Assembly: GCA_043228905.1 (NCBI GenBank)
Contig: JBHGNT010000005.1
Location: 24,304,001 to 24,368,000 of the forward strand
Length of the DNA stretch: 64,000 nucleotides
Direction: 5' to 3'
Source of the DNA: Azolla caroliniana
Lineage: Eukaryota; Plantae; Polypodiophyta
Position 1 is the stretch's first letter. Every line of letters starts with the position of its first letter. Position numbers and translations under genes: made by a program. Positions 24,801-35,792 of this stretch are shown here, piece after piece. A model generated the notes under the pieces. The model saw nothing but the letters and a program-made list of their open reading frames with translations. It had not been told where the DNA came from and ran no database searches.

Positions 24801-27800
24801 AGAATGGCATGTTGATGTCTGGGATGCAGTCCCTGAGCACTTTGTTCATCGTGTTTACCATGTGAGCCACCGAGTTCGTCCCTCCTTGTGGTAGGGTACA
24901 CATCCATACTAGGCCGAGAGGAGTCTGCATCGTCGTAATGTCTCTGCTCTCCATGGCTAGTTGGAACTGATCGTACCCCGAGTACAGATCACCAACAGAG
25001 TAAATCATCCTTCCGACGAAGGCCTCCGCGAACTCTCTATGGACGGTCCGATTCCTGCGTTACGGATGGTCACCTTGTTGACCAGTTGCAGGTCCTGAAT
25101 GAAGCGCAGCGTGCCGTTCTTCTTCGGCACCGTAAACCACCGATTCGAATACGGGGCACTCGACGGTTCAAGGATGCCCATCTCCACCTTTTGTTTCAGA
25201 AACTCCATCAACTTCGGGATGTGAGCTCTCGGCACCGGAATCAGTTTGAGATTCCACGGTACATGTGGTACCGTGAAGATCACCATCGGTTCAATGACCG
25301 TCGAGTCCACGCACCAGATCTCCCCCGGCGAGAACGCGAAGGCTTTCCCATGCCTTCCGAGCATTCTCCGAAACCTGTTCTCCTCCGCCGGCAGTAGAAA
25401 GCCACCCCCACCAACCTTGAGCTCCCATAGTGTTATGTCGGTGAACCGGTGCCCTATGCCAGCCGGATTCCGTAAACTCGGGTCCGACGCTCCTCGTTTA
25501 TCCGCTCCTCGCTGCCCTCCGGCAAGGGTCCCACGACTGGCCTCACCTTCCGGTCCACAGTCTTGTACTTTGTGTCCACGCAGGCCGTCCGATCCGACCC
25601 GATCCTTTCCCCAAAGTCCGCGATGACTTCATACATTCCCATCGATCCTACCGGAACGGTTCGGTCTTCTCTAAGGTCTTCACCAATCACCTTTTGCAAC
25701 TCGCCCAAGGTGTCGTCAAAAGAGACCGCCTCCACGGCACCGCTGATCTCTTCGTGGGGGGAGAGGACTCTACATCCCCTGAGCCGCTCCTCCGCTCGCT
25801 TCCATTCCCGGCCGCTGATGCCGGCCATAGTACAACCTCCGTTGTCGGAGAACCAAAATTTCCTACCTATGGTACAGGTCTTCTTCCGTACTATAAATTT
25901 GTGGGGTTTTCCCGGGGTGTCCGGACTATCGCATCCCCACGCCTTGATAGCCCTCTCTAAAAATCCCCTCAGGTTTCGCCGCCGAGGGCCTCACGGTTAC
26001 GCTCATGTTTTGGTCACACCGTCAGGAACTGGACCGAGTGACGCCCGTCCTGGCTCTTGACTCTTGCATAGGCCGAACCGTTGTCCAGCACCTTGGTCTC
26101 CATTCGTGCCGCCGTGATGTATGGCTCTCCTAGTATAACTGGATGCGAGGACGTCTCCTGCACGAAGAAGTGTTGGTCGATCTCGACATCGCCGATTTTC
26201 ACCCGTACATTCGAACAGACTCCATGTAGTTCTTCCGTGGCGTGCGTCGCGGCCCGTATTTTCCAACCATGCTTGGTGTTGATCGGCCATTTACCCCTCT
26301 TGTAGAAATCCATGGACATCAGGTTGATTTCGGATCCATGGTCTACCAAGGCCACCACCGGTTCCGGAACGTTGCCGATCCATACAGGGGTTTCTGTAGT
26401 TGTCCTGGCCCAATGCAGCTTCGTGTAGTGGTTTTCTGCCAACTCGTCTTCTAGGGCCGCATCTTCCAAGTGCGTGGTCCGCACCTCCACTGGCTTCTCC
26501 GGTTCCGGCTTCGTCAATAGCCTTTTCCTCTTCCCCAAGTCTACGATGGAGTCGTAGAACTCCTTCTTGGCGATCCCGAGCACTTCCCTCAGCGACAGAT
26601 CCACTTTGCTGTCGAGGATACGTTCCTCCAGGACCTTTCGCAGGTCTGTGGTCCTTTCGATTTTGGTGCTCAACCGAAACCCCACCTGCTTCTTTCCGTC
26701 CGGCGCGCCTGGGTTGCGGTCCAAACCGGGTCTCATACCTCTGTAGGGGACCGACCCCTCTGTCTTTTCCTGCCCGTTTGTCTTCCACCAAAACCTCGTA
26801 GTTCTGGCAAGCGGCTTCTACGAAGCCCGTCTTCTCTTCGACCGGATCGTCCCAACCGGTGACCCCCTGGACCCGTTGTTCCGCGCGGTTCGCCTCTTCC
26901 TTCTTCAGCCGAACTCCGGAGAGGCCTTCTAGCACTAGCGGCCAGAATCCGGAGTCCTTCGCCTTCCGGGTCTCATCACCCCCGACCCGAATTCCCGCCG
27001 ACGCTAAGTAGTTAACGGCTTCAACATGTCGTGCCACGGCCTCTTCCATCAACCTCTTCATTCCGTCGCGCCCCGTATTTAGTTCTAGGGCTCTCCGGGT
27101 CTCGCTCGCGTGCACCCGCCCGTTCTAGAGGTACACCACGTTGGTCCTAAGCGCTTCAGCGAAATCCGCACAATCCTTCCGAATGTGACCGATCGCGTCA
27201 CACCACATGCACCGCTGCCCAGCCAGCGGCCTCCGGTCGCGAGGTTGTTCGCCGTTGTCTCTCTGGGCATGTGCGATCTGCAGGTCGCGCACCATCTGTG
27301 TCCGCTCCTCTAACCACGTCATTCGATGCCGACCCCGACTCTAGCCAGATTCGGGTCTCTTCCTTTCTACCGGCCGGCACCGATACCGGCTCCTCGAGCT
27401 TCCTCCCCGGGACCGGCCCTGACCCCGACGAGCTTCCGTCGCTCCAATCGTGTCGTTTGTCCAAACGGCTGCAGACCCATTTTACCACGGCCCAGTCTGC
27501 CGTGAGCCCTTCATCCTTTCCAATAGGGGACCCACCTTTTCCCTGTCGAGCGTGTCCACCGACTTGATAAATAGTAGTACTCGACTCGTTTCAAGCATTG
27601 TCCGGTCCAGCGTTGACAGCCGCGCGAACCGTTTTTCGAACTCCTGGAGGAGCACCGATGTGTTCCTCCCTTTTCCAGGGCTTTCCACCCACGCCATGAA
27701 GTCCCGCCTCGACATCCAAAGCGAGTCGTCAAACCCGTACTTCTCAAGGAGCTGCAGCTCAAACTCCTCCCAAGTCTGGCGTTCGACCAGCACCTCGAGC

Positions 27801-28031
27801 ACCTCCGCGTTGTTATGTCGCGTTGTTACGCGCGTGCGTGTAGAAAGAGGCGGGACCACGGGGGTCTCGGACCAAGGAGACAGAGAGAGAGAGATGCAAG
27901 TACACAGAGAGAGATTAAGAGCAAGGAAAATAGCAATCTGATTACTATAGTTAATAGCTTACAACCGGCAACCCGGTGATGGACCCGACACGGGGTCCTA
28001 CTCACGCACACTGACGACAGCCACACGGCTC
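21835..28031 (-). mobile_element. Degenerate Trp-group Gypsy element G3
   Basis: 3' LTR 21835-22489; matching 5' LTR piece 27816-~28031; PBS and gag N-terminus deleted; gag-PR, RT, RNase H and integrase remnants present. Confidence 0.92.
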
Positions 28032-30117
28032 CGCTGTGGTGAGCGAAAGTTTGACTCCTAGCCGGTCGAACAGCTCTTCGGCCTCTTCTGCGTCCAACTC
28101 ACCACCGTCAGCCACGATCTTCCCCACGCACCCGTATTGGCATACTACGTCCTCAATCAAAAACCGGCACACGGCTGTCGTCGTCTTGTTCTGCAAGGCT
28201 CAGCCTTCAACCTGGTTCGTTAGATCTTCCCGAGCCAGCACCAGATACCGCATCTGTCCTACCCCCATTAGCATCGTCACCAAATCCACCATCCACTTGA
28301 AGTGGACGGTCGGAGGGTAGGTCGGGTGAAGCTCGTCCCAATGTCGGATCATAGAGTGCACCTGACAGCTTTCGCAAGACGTCACGAACCGATGCACGTC
28401 CCGGTATAGTCCCGGCCACCAGTACTTCCCCTTTAGCCTTTCGAACGTGGCCCACGTTCCATGGTGTCTAGCCCACGGGCTATCGTGGTACGCCGCCAGC
28501 AAATCCTCCTGTTCCTCCTTCTTCGCCACCACTCGGAGTGGGATGTCGTTCCTCTTCTTCGGGTGCTTCCATATGTATCCGTCCCAGAGAAAGAATCGGT
28601 AGGCTTTCTTCCGAATTCGGTTGGCCTCGTTCGTTGTCCATGCCGCGTCCGGTGTCATTGTTTTCAGGAACCCGCGGATCTGCAGCCACTCCCCGTCGTA
28701 CTTGCTCTCGTCGAAATCGTTAAGCGTTGAAGATCATTCCGTGCCGGTTGTTACGTAAGCCGCCTTGAAGAAGTCCACGTTGACTTCCTCGTCCTCTGAA
28801 ACCATGCCGCCCTCGTTTTCGAACCTCGCCCTTGAAAGCATATCGGCCATGGCATTGTCTTTCCCGGAAATGTGTCGTATTTCTGGATTCAAGGACTTGA
28901 TATACGCTATCCACCTGAGCATTGCCAGGTCCGGCGTCGCGCATCCGGAAACCATGCCAAGGATCGGCAGGCAGTCCGTCTCGATAATTACCTATGTCCC
29001 GATCAGGTAGTCTTTATCGGCCTTTACCGTCGAAACGACACCCCAGAGCTCGCGTTTAACCTGGGCGTATCCTCGTTGTCGCTCGCTGAGGACCTTCGCG
29101 CCGAACCGGATCGGGGAACGCATGCCGTCCTCATCCTCTTGGTTGACGACCCATCCGATCCCGGTCGGACTCGTGTCTACCGTTACGTAAATTGGAGTGC
29201 TCTTTCCGTAGACAGCCTTTCGTAGCGCTGGAGCCGCAGCAAGTGCTTCCTTCATCTTCCAGACAGACTCCGTATGCTCGTCTCTCCACTCAAATTTTCG
29301 CCCCTTTTTCAGCAACCCGTTGTCGTGAAGAAAACCGTCCCTAGGCGGAATCGGCGCACCAAGGCGTGGGAACCGGTTCTTCGCGCGCGCACGCTCCAAG
29401 TTGTACATAGAAGAGAGTTAGGAGGATAATCGGCAGGAACGGGCCCTAACACGAGTGGAGACAAAAACCGCGCGAACAGTCTCTTCGGTGGCGCGCGCGA
29501 GCTAAGGAACTGCACGAGTCGGCGGCGTAACTACGCGGATGCGTGAAGAACGGAGCGGATCCCTGTTCGAAAGGGACAGGGAATAAAGCTGACAGGACGG
29601 CCTGCTCGTCGGCCTATATAAGGAGCAGGAAAGAGCTGTTGCAGGGATCTCGCGCGGAGAGGACGAAGTGCTGTCGGACCGTTTCTGGACGCTTCTCTCT
29701 CTGTTTTCTTCCTTCTTGAGCTCCATAGCTTTCTTGTGCAGGGTTCCGGGGAGGCTCGCGCTGTTTCGAGGAACGCCCGAGTGCTTCCGGCAGCACCTCC
29801 GACCTGCTACCCCTTTTGTGCGTCGAAGCGAACAAGCATCGGCATCTGTTCGCCGGCCTGTTCGGCTGTAGCCAACCTGTGCCCCATCGAGGGTTGTAGT
29901 CGTGTTAGCCATTTTCTTAATATACATATTTAGTCATTCGCATCTGTCTGTGTCGGTGTTTGTTCGCGTTCTCCGTGCTGAAGGGCCGTGTCCCTGTGTA
30001 TCCCCGGTCCTGCGTAGCCGGTTCTCTCTCTTTCTCCTCCCTCGCTTGCTCTTTGGTTCGAGACCCCCGCGGTCCCGCCTCGTTTCCACACGCACTTGCA
30101 TAATATCTCGACATCTT

Positions 30118-30134
30118 TGGTGAACCCGACGTGA
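30118..30134 (+). promoter_or_regulatory. Primer-binding site complementary to the 3' end of plant tRNA-Trp
   Basis: TGGTGAACCCGACGTGA is the reverse complement of TCACGTCGGGTTCACCA (plant cytosolic tRNA-Trp 3' end, from memory). The same PBS occurs in four copies. Confidence 0.85.
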
Positions 30135-30157
30135 AGGAGGCGGCAGAAGAGCAGAAG

Positions 30158-32242
30158 ATGAGGGGGTCGGATCTTGCAGAGGCCATGGCTTCGGCCGTGG
30201 ATCGGATTGTAAACGCGCGCGAGGGCACCGGTGCCCTCGACAGAGCCATTGAGGCGGTCGTCGGCACGATCGGCCGGTTCGATGGGAAGGATGCCACGAA
30301 GTATTTGGCGTCCTACGGTGCAGAGATGCTGATGCGGGACATTCCGGAAGAAAGGCGTCTTGCCGGATTTCCCCGAGTGGCGATGCCGAGCATCCATGCG
30401 GAGGTGCTCGAGGTGCGGGCGGAGAGCCGTACCTGGGAGGAGTTCGAAGGTCGGCTCCTAGAGAAATACGGGCTGGACGACGCGCTCCGGCTTTCGAAGC
30501 GAAGGTTCATGGAATGGGTGGAGTCCTCGGGGAAGGGAAGAAACGCGTTGGCACTCCTCCGGGAGTTCGAGGAAAGCTTTGCGCGCCTTTCGGCGCTCGA
30601 CCGAACCATCCTGGACACGAGCCGGGTCTTGCTGTTTGTCAAGTCGGTCGACGAGCGGGATCGGGAGCAAGTGGGCCTCTTGCTGGAAACCGAAGACGGG
30701 CTCACTACCGACTGGGCGGCTGTCAAAAAAGTATGTGGCCGTTTCGACAAACGGCGAGAATGGGCGGACAACGGGGCAACCGGGTCGGGCTCGGTCGCAG
30801 GAAGGGAGCTCGAACCAGCGCCACAGGTGCGAAAGGAAGAGACCCGAGAGTGGTTGGAAACTGGTTCGGCTTCGACCGGCGTAGTCAGAGGCTCAACCGG
30901 AGGAGCGGCGCTGGAGGAATTGACGAGGGCGATAAAGGACCTCCAAATCGCGCAAGCCCGAAGGGAAGGTGGCGAACCGGCTCGTGACCGACGGCCGGCG
31001 GCAGGAAACAGGTGCATGTGGTGCGATGAAGTCGGCCACATTCGGAAGGACTGCGGCGACTTCGCGGAGGCGCTGAGGAACAGGGTGGTGTACCTGTGGG
31101 AAGGACGGGTGCATGCCAGCGACACCCGAAGGGCTCTGAGCCGAAACGACGGGCGAGGTGGTATGAAAGGGTTGATGGAAGAGGCAGCGGCCCGACATGC
31201 GGAAACCGTCCACTACTCGGCGTCGGCCGGCATTCGAGTCGGGGGCGGCGAGGCCCGAAGGGAAAGCAAAGCCGGATTCTGGCCGACGATGCTGGAAGGC
31301 CTTGCCGGTGCAAGGCTTAAAGGGGAGGAATCGGACCGTGCGGAGAAACGGGTACGGGAGATGACCGGGTGGAGCGACCCGGTCGAGGAAAAGACGGGCT
31401 TCGTGGAAGCCGCTTGCCAGAACTACGAGGCTCTGGTAGAAGAGAAGCGGGTGGGGAAACCCGGGACGACCGGGCCCTCACATCGATACGAGACCCGGTC
31501 CGGGCCACGACGGGACGAAGCCGGCGGGGCCGGTACGCAAGATAGACCCCAGAAGGGCGGGTACCGTCTGGGGACGGAGATAGAAAGGACCACGGACTTA
31601 CGAAAGGTCCTGGAGGAACGGATCCTCGACAGCAAGGAGTTCCACGACTCCATCGTGGACTTGGTGAAACGGAAGAGGCTGTCAACGGAGACCGAACCGG
31701 AAAGACTGGTGGAAGTGCGGACGACGCACCTAGACGACATGGCGCTGGGGGACGAGTGGGCGGAAAGCCACTATTCGAGACCACACTGGGCCCGAGCGAC
31801 CACGGAAACCCCGGTGAAGATCGGCGATGTCCAGGAACCGGTGATAGCTTTGGTGGACCACGGATCGGAGATCAATTTGATGTCCATGGACTTCTATAAG
31901 AAGGGTAAATGGCCGATCAACACCAAGCACGGGTGGAAAATAAGGGCAGCAACGCGCGCCACCGAGGAACTGCACGGGGCCTGTCCGAATGTGCGAGTCA
32001 AGATCGGCGACGTGGAGATTGACCAGCACTTCTTCGTGCAAGAGACGTCTTCACATCCGGTCATACTGGGAGAGCCGTACATCACGGCGGCGCGAATGGA
32101 GACCAAGGTGCTGGACAATGGTTCGGCCTACGCGAGGGTCAAAAGCCAAGACGGGCGCCATTCGGTCCAGTTTCTGACGGTACGGCCGAACCACGAACGT
32201 AACCGCGAATCCCTCGGTTCCGAAAACCGAGAGGATTTTTAG
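30158..32242 (+). CDS. ORF1: Gag, CCHC knuckle and aspartic protease
   Basis: ATG at 30158 (MRGSDLAEAM); CMWCDEVGHIRKDC; ALVDHGSEINLM...VILGEPY; ends REDF-stop. Confidence 0.93.
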   Translation: MRGSDLAEAMASAVDRIVNAREGTGALDRAIEAVVGTIGRFDGKDATKYLASYGAEMLMRDIPEERRLAGFPRVAMPSIHAEVLEVRAESRTWEEFEGRLLEKYGLDDALRLSKRRFMEWVESSGKGRNALALLREFEESFARLSALDRTILDTSRVLLFVKSVDERDREQVGLLLETEDGLTTDWAAVKKVCGRFDKRREWADNGATGSGSVAGRELEPAPQVRKEETREWLETGSASTGVVRGSTGGAALEELTRAIKDLQIAQARREGGEPARDRRPAAGNRCMWCDEVGHIRKDCGDFAEALRNRVVYLWEGRVHASDTRRALSRNDGRGGMKGLMEEAAARHAETVHYSASAGIRVGGGEARRESKAGFWPTMLEGLAGARLKGEESDRAEKRVREMTGWSDPVEEKTGFVEAACQNYEALVEEKRVGKPGTTGPSHRYETRSGPRRDEAGGAGTQDRPQKGGYRLGTEIERTTDLRKVLEERILDSKEFHDSIVDLVKRKRLSTETEPERLVEVRTTHLDDMALGDEWAESHYSRPHWARATTETPVKIGDVQEPVIALVDHGSEINLMSMDFYKKGKWPINTKHGWKIRAATRATEELHGACPNVRVKIGDVEIDQHFFVQETSSHPVILGEPYITAARMETKVLDNGSAYARVKSQDGRHSVQFLTVRPNHERNRESLGSENREDF

Positions 32243-32298
32243 AGAGGACTGCCAAGGCGTGGGGCCGCGACAGTCCGGATGCTCCGGGAAAACCCCAC
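32233..32298 (+). promoter_or_regulatory. Predicted -1 ribosomal frameshift signal (slippery heptamer plus H-type pseudoknot)
   Basis: G_GAT_TTT at 32233-32239, then TAG; stem 1 32246-32253/32269-32276; stem 2 GTGGGG 32259-32264/CCCCAC 32293-32298. Conserved in four copies. Confidence 0.82.
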
Positions 32299-35200
32299 AT
32301 CTGTACGATAAAACCGTGTACAATAGGTAGAAAAATTTGCTTCTCCGACAGCGGAGCATGTACGATGGTCGGCATCGCCGGCCGAGAGAAAACAAAGACG
32401 GAGGGGAGACTTCGAGCGTGCGGAGTTCTCGGCCCTGACGAAGAAATCAACGGAGCCGTGGAGACAGTCTCCTTCGACGACACCTTAGGAATGCTCGGGA
32501 AGGTAGTCGAAGGAGACCTTAACGGAGACCGGACGATACCGGTATGGTCCGAAGAAATGTACGAAGTCATCGCGGGCTTCGGTCGAGGGCTCGAGTCGGA
32601 ACGGACGGCCCGAGTTAGCACCAAGTACAAGACTGTGGACCGGAAGGTGAGGCCAGTTGCGGCGCCCTTACCGGAGGGCAGCGAATCCCGAATCAAAGGG
32701 GTTGCATCGGACCCCAGCTTACGAGATCCGGCCTGCATAGGACACACCTTCACCAACGAGATGCTCCGCGAGCTGAAGATCGGTGGGGGCGGGTTCCTAC
32801 TGCCGGCGGAGGAAGACCGGTTTCGGAGAATGCTCGGAAGGCACGGAAAAGCCTTCGCATTCTCACCGGAGGAAATCGGGTGCGTAAACCCGACGATCGT
32901 AGAGCCGATGGTGATATTCACGGTACCGCATGTACCGTGGAATCTCAAGCCAATTCAGGTTCCGAGAGCTCACATCCCGAAGTTGATGGAGCTGTTGAAG
33001 CAGAAAGTTGATATGGGCATTCTCGAGCCGTCGAGCGCCCCGTATTCAAACCGATGGTTTACCGTACCAAAGAAAAACGGATCGTTGCGCTTCATTCAGG
33101 ACCTGCAGCCGGTCAATAGAGTGACCATTCGGAACGCAGGGATCGGACCGACCATAGACGAGTTCGCGGAGGCCTTCGCCGGAAGGTCGATCTACTCGGT
33201 CGGTGATCTATACTCAGGGTACGACCAGTTCCAGCTAGCCGTGGAGAGCAGAGACATTACGACGATGCGAACTCCCCTCGGCCTAGTGCGGATGTGTACG
33301 CTGCCGCAAGGAGGGACCAACTCGGTGGCCCACATGGTGAATGCAATGAACAAGGTGCTGAGGGACTGCATCCCGGACATCACCATGCCGTTTCTAGACG
33401 ACATCCCGATCAAGGGGTGCCCGGTAGAAGAGAAGGACGAGACGATCGGGCCGGACGGATGCCGGCGATTCGTGGTGACGCACATCGACGACTGCGAGAA
33501 GGTGCTGCAAAGGCTAGAGGGTGCGAAGCTCACCTTCTCGGGGGAGAAGTCAGCCTTCGGGCAGTCGGAAATCATGGTGGTCGGACATTTATGTGGACCA
33601 TATGGCCGGAAACCGTCTCCGGCAAAGGTAGAAGCCATCTCCGCGATGAAGCCTGATTGCAGCTCGGTCACGGAAGTACGAAGATTCTTGGGAGCATGCG
33701 CCTTCTACCACATATGGATCCCGCATTACGCGCACGTCGCGGAGCCGCTGTACGGATTATTGAAGAAAGGGCGAAGATTCGAATGGCTAGACAAGCACAC
33801 GGAGTCGGTCCGGAAGCTGAAGGAGGCTCTTTCGGCAGCACCGGCGCTCCGAAAGGCCGTCTACAGGAAGGGCACCCCAGTGTACATAACGGTTGACACG
33901 AGTCCGACCGGAATCGGGTGGGTCGTCAACCAAGAAGACGAGGACGGCAATCGGTTTCCGATCCGATTCGGCGCGAAGGTCCTCAGTGAGCGGCAGCGAG
34001 GATACGCCCAGGTTAAACGCGAACTCTGGGGTATCGTTTCGGCGGTGAAGGCCGACAAGGACTATCTGATCGGGGCAGAGGTAATCATAGAGACGGATTG
34101 CATGCCGATTCTCGGCATGGTTTCCGGATGCGCGACGCCGGACCTGGCAATGCTCAGGTGGATAGCGTACATCAAGTCCCTGGACCCGGAAATACGACAC
34201 ATTTCCGGGAAAGACAACGCCATGGCCGACATGCTTTCAAGGGCTAGATTCGATGACGAGGGCGGCATGGTTTCGGAGGACGAAGAGGTCGGCGTGGACT
34301 TCTTCGAGGCGGCATACGTAACAACCGGCGGGACGAGCACTCCGGCGCTTAACGACTTCGACGCGAGCAAGTACGACGGGGAGTGGCTGCAGATCGACGG
34401 GTTCTTGAGGACAATGGCGCCGGATACGTCATGGACGAAAGACGAGGCCAACCGGATCCGGAAGAAAGCGTACCGGTTCTTTCTCCGGGATGGCTATCTA
34501 TGGAAGCACCCGAAGAAGAGGGACGGCGCTCCGCTCCGGGTGGTGGCGACGAAGGAGGAACAGGAGGAGCTGCTGACGGCCTACCACGACAGCCCTTGGG
34601 CCGGACACCGTGGAACTTGGGCCACGTTCGAGAAGATAAAGGAGAAGTACTGGTGGCCGGGACTGTACCGGGACGTGCATCGATTCGTGACAACTTGCGA
34701 GAGCTGTCAGATGCACTCCGTGGTCCGACACCGGGACGAGCTTCACCCTACGTACCCTCCGACCATCCACTTCAAATGGATGGTAGATCTGGTGACGATG
34801 CCAATGGGGGTAGGACAGATGCGGTACCTGGTCCTGGCGCGGGAGGATCTAACGAACCAGGTGGAAGGCCGGGCCCTTCCCAACAAAACGACCGCGGCCG
34901 TATGTCGGTTCCTAATCGAGGACGTGATATGCCGGTACGGGTGCGTCGGGAAGATCGTGGCTGACCGAGGGGAATTGGACGCCGAAGAAGCCGCGGAGCT
35001 GTTCGACCGGCTGGGAGTCAAGCTCTCGCTCACCACTGCGTACAATCCGGAGGCGAATGGAAAGGTGGAGCGCGGACACGGACCGATCGTCAAGGCGCTG
35101 GTTCGAGCATGCGGGGGCCAAGTCGGTAACTGGCCGCGGCTGCTACCTTATGCTTTGTGGGCAGACCGGACCACGCACAGTTCGGTAACCGGGTACATGC

Positions 35201-35721
35201 CGACGGAGCTCATGTTCAGCCAGAAGCCGATCATGCCGATGGAACGGACGATCTCCTCGTGGGCAACGGTCGACTGGAAGGACGAGATGAGCCGGGAGGA
35301 GTTGTTGGCCGCGCGTATGCGACAGCTCGAGCGGAGACCGGAGGACGTGGAACTGGCTGCGGAGAAGCTCCGGGTGGCGAGGACAAAGAACAAAGCCAGG
35401 TTCGACCGAACGCACCGGCTCCGACCGAAGAAAATCGAAGAAGGTGACTGGGTGCTCGTCTACGACAGCAGCCTCGACAACCAGCACCGAGCTACACGGA
35501 AGTTCGCACGAAGGTGGTTCGGGCCTTACGTGGTACGGAGCGCCAATGACAACGGGACATATCACCTGGCGGAACTAGACGGCACGAGAATGGCGATACC
35601 GGTTGCAGGGAAACGGATCAAAGCGTTCAAGAAGCGACACAACGACGAGCCAGACCCGACTCTCCTAGTCAGCAGTGACGAACGATCCGAAAACGAGGAA
35701 GAACCGACGGGCGAGGAATGA
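32239..35721 (+). CDS. ORF2 (-1 frame): RT, RNase H and integrase
   Basis: The frame is open from the slip site through the 1118-aa ORF 32365..35721. Motifs: DLYSGYDQ, LPQG, FLDD, VDTS (RNase H), HHCC, D-D-E, GPY. Confidence 0.95.
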   Translation, partial: LERTAKAWGRDSPDAPGKPHICTIKPCTIGRKICFSDSGACTMVGIAGREKTKTEGRLRACGVLGPDEEINGAVETVSFDDTLGMLGKVVEGDLNGDRTIPVWSEEMYEVIAGFGRGLESERTARVSTKYKTVDRKVRPVAAPLPEGSESRIKGVASDPSLRDPACIGHTFTNEMLRELKIGGGGFLLPAEEDRFRRMLGRHGKAFAFSPEEIGCVNPTIVEPMVIFTVPHVPWNLKPIQVPRAHIPKLMELLKQKVDMGILEPSSAPYSNRWFTVPKKNGSLRFIQDLQPVNRVTIRNAGIGPTIDEFAEAFAGRSIYSVGDLYSGYDQFQLAVESRDITTMRTPLGLVRMCTLPQGGTNSVAHMVNAMNKVLRDCIPDITMPFLDDIPIKGCPVEEKDETIGPDGCRRFVVTHIDDCEKVLQRLEGAKLTFSGEKSAFGQSEIMVVGHLCGPYGRKPSPAKVEAISAMKPDCSSVTEVRRFLGACAFYHIWIPHYAHVAEPLYGLLKKGRRFEWLDKHTESVRKLKEALSAAPALRKAVYRKGTPVYITVDTSPTGIGWVVNQEDEDGNRFPIRFGAKVLSERQRGYAQVKRELWGIVSAVKADKDYLIGAEVIIETDCMPILGMVSGCATPDLAMLRWIAYIKSLDPEIRHISGKDNAMADMLSRARFDDEGGMVSEDEEVGVDFFEAAYVTTGGTSTPALNDFDASKYDGEWLQIDGFLRTMAPDTSWTKDEANRIRKKAYRFFLRDGYLWKHPKKRDGAPLRVVATKEEQEELLTAYHDSPWAGHRGTWATFEKIKEKYWWPGLYRDVHRFVTTCESCQMHSVVRHRDELHPTYPPTIHFKWMVDLVTMPMGVGQMRYLVLAREDLTNQVEGRALPNKTTAAVCRFLIEDVICRYGCVGKIVADRGELDAEEAAELFDRLGVKLSLTTAYNPEANGKVERGHGPIVKALVRACGGQVGNWPRLLPYALWADRTTHSSVTGYMPTELMFSQKPIMPMERTISSWATVDWKDEMSREELLAARMRQLERRPEDVELAAEKLRVARTKNKARFDRTHRLRPKKIEEGDWVLVYDSSLDNQHRATRKFARRWFGPYVVRSANDNGTYHLAELDGTRMAIPVAGKRIKAFKKRHNDEPDPTLLVSSDERSENEEEPTGEE

Positions 35722-35780
35722 AGACGGGCCGGTTTTCTCCGTCCCAACTCTCTTGGCGCATATCGGAGGATGCGCGGTTA

Positions 35781-35792
35781 GGTGGGGGCGGA
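35781..35792 (+). promoter_or_regulatory. Polypurine tract
   Basis: GGTGGGGGCGGA directly before the 3' LTR. Confidence 0.85.

Noticed and set aside
29502-29927. 141-aa ORF present twice (also 35974..36399)
   Set aside because: Antisense ORF inside near-identical LTRs, not conserved in the other LTR subfamilies.
30313-32948. Long antisense ORFs (270 aa, 269 aa) recurring in Gypsy copies
   Set aside because: Shadows of GC-rich gag/pol codons, with no consistent start or stop between copies and no recognisable domain.
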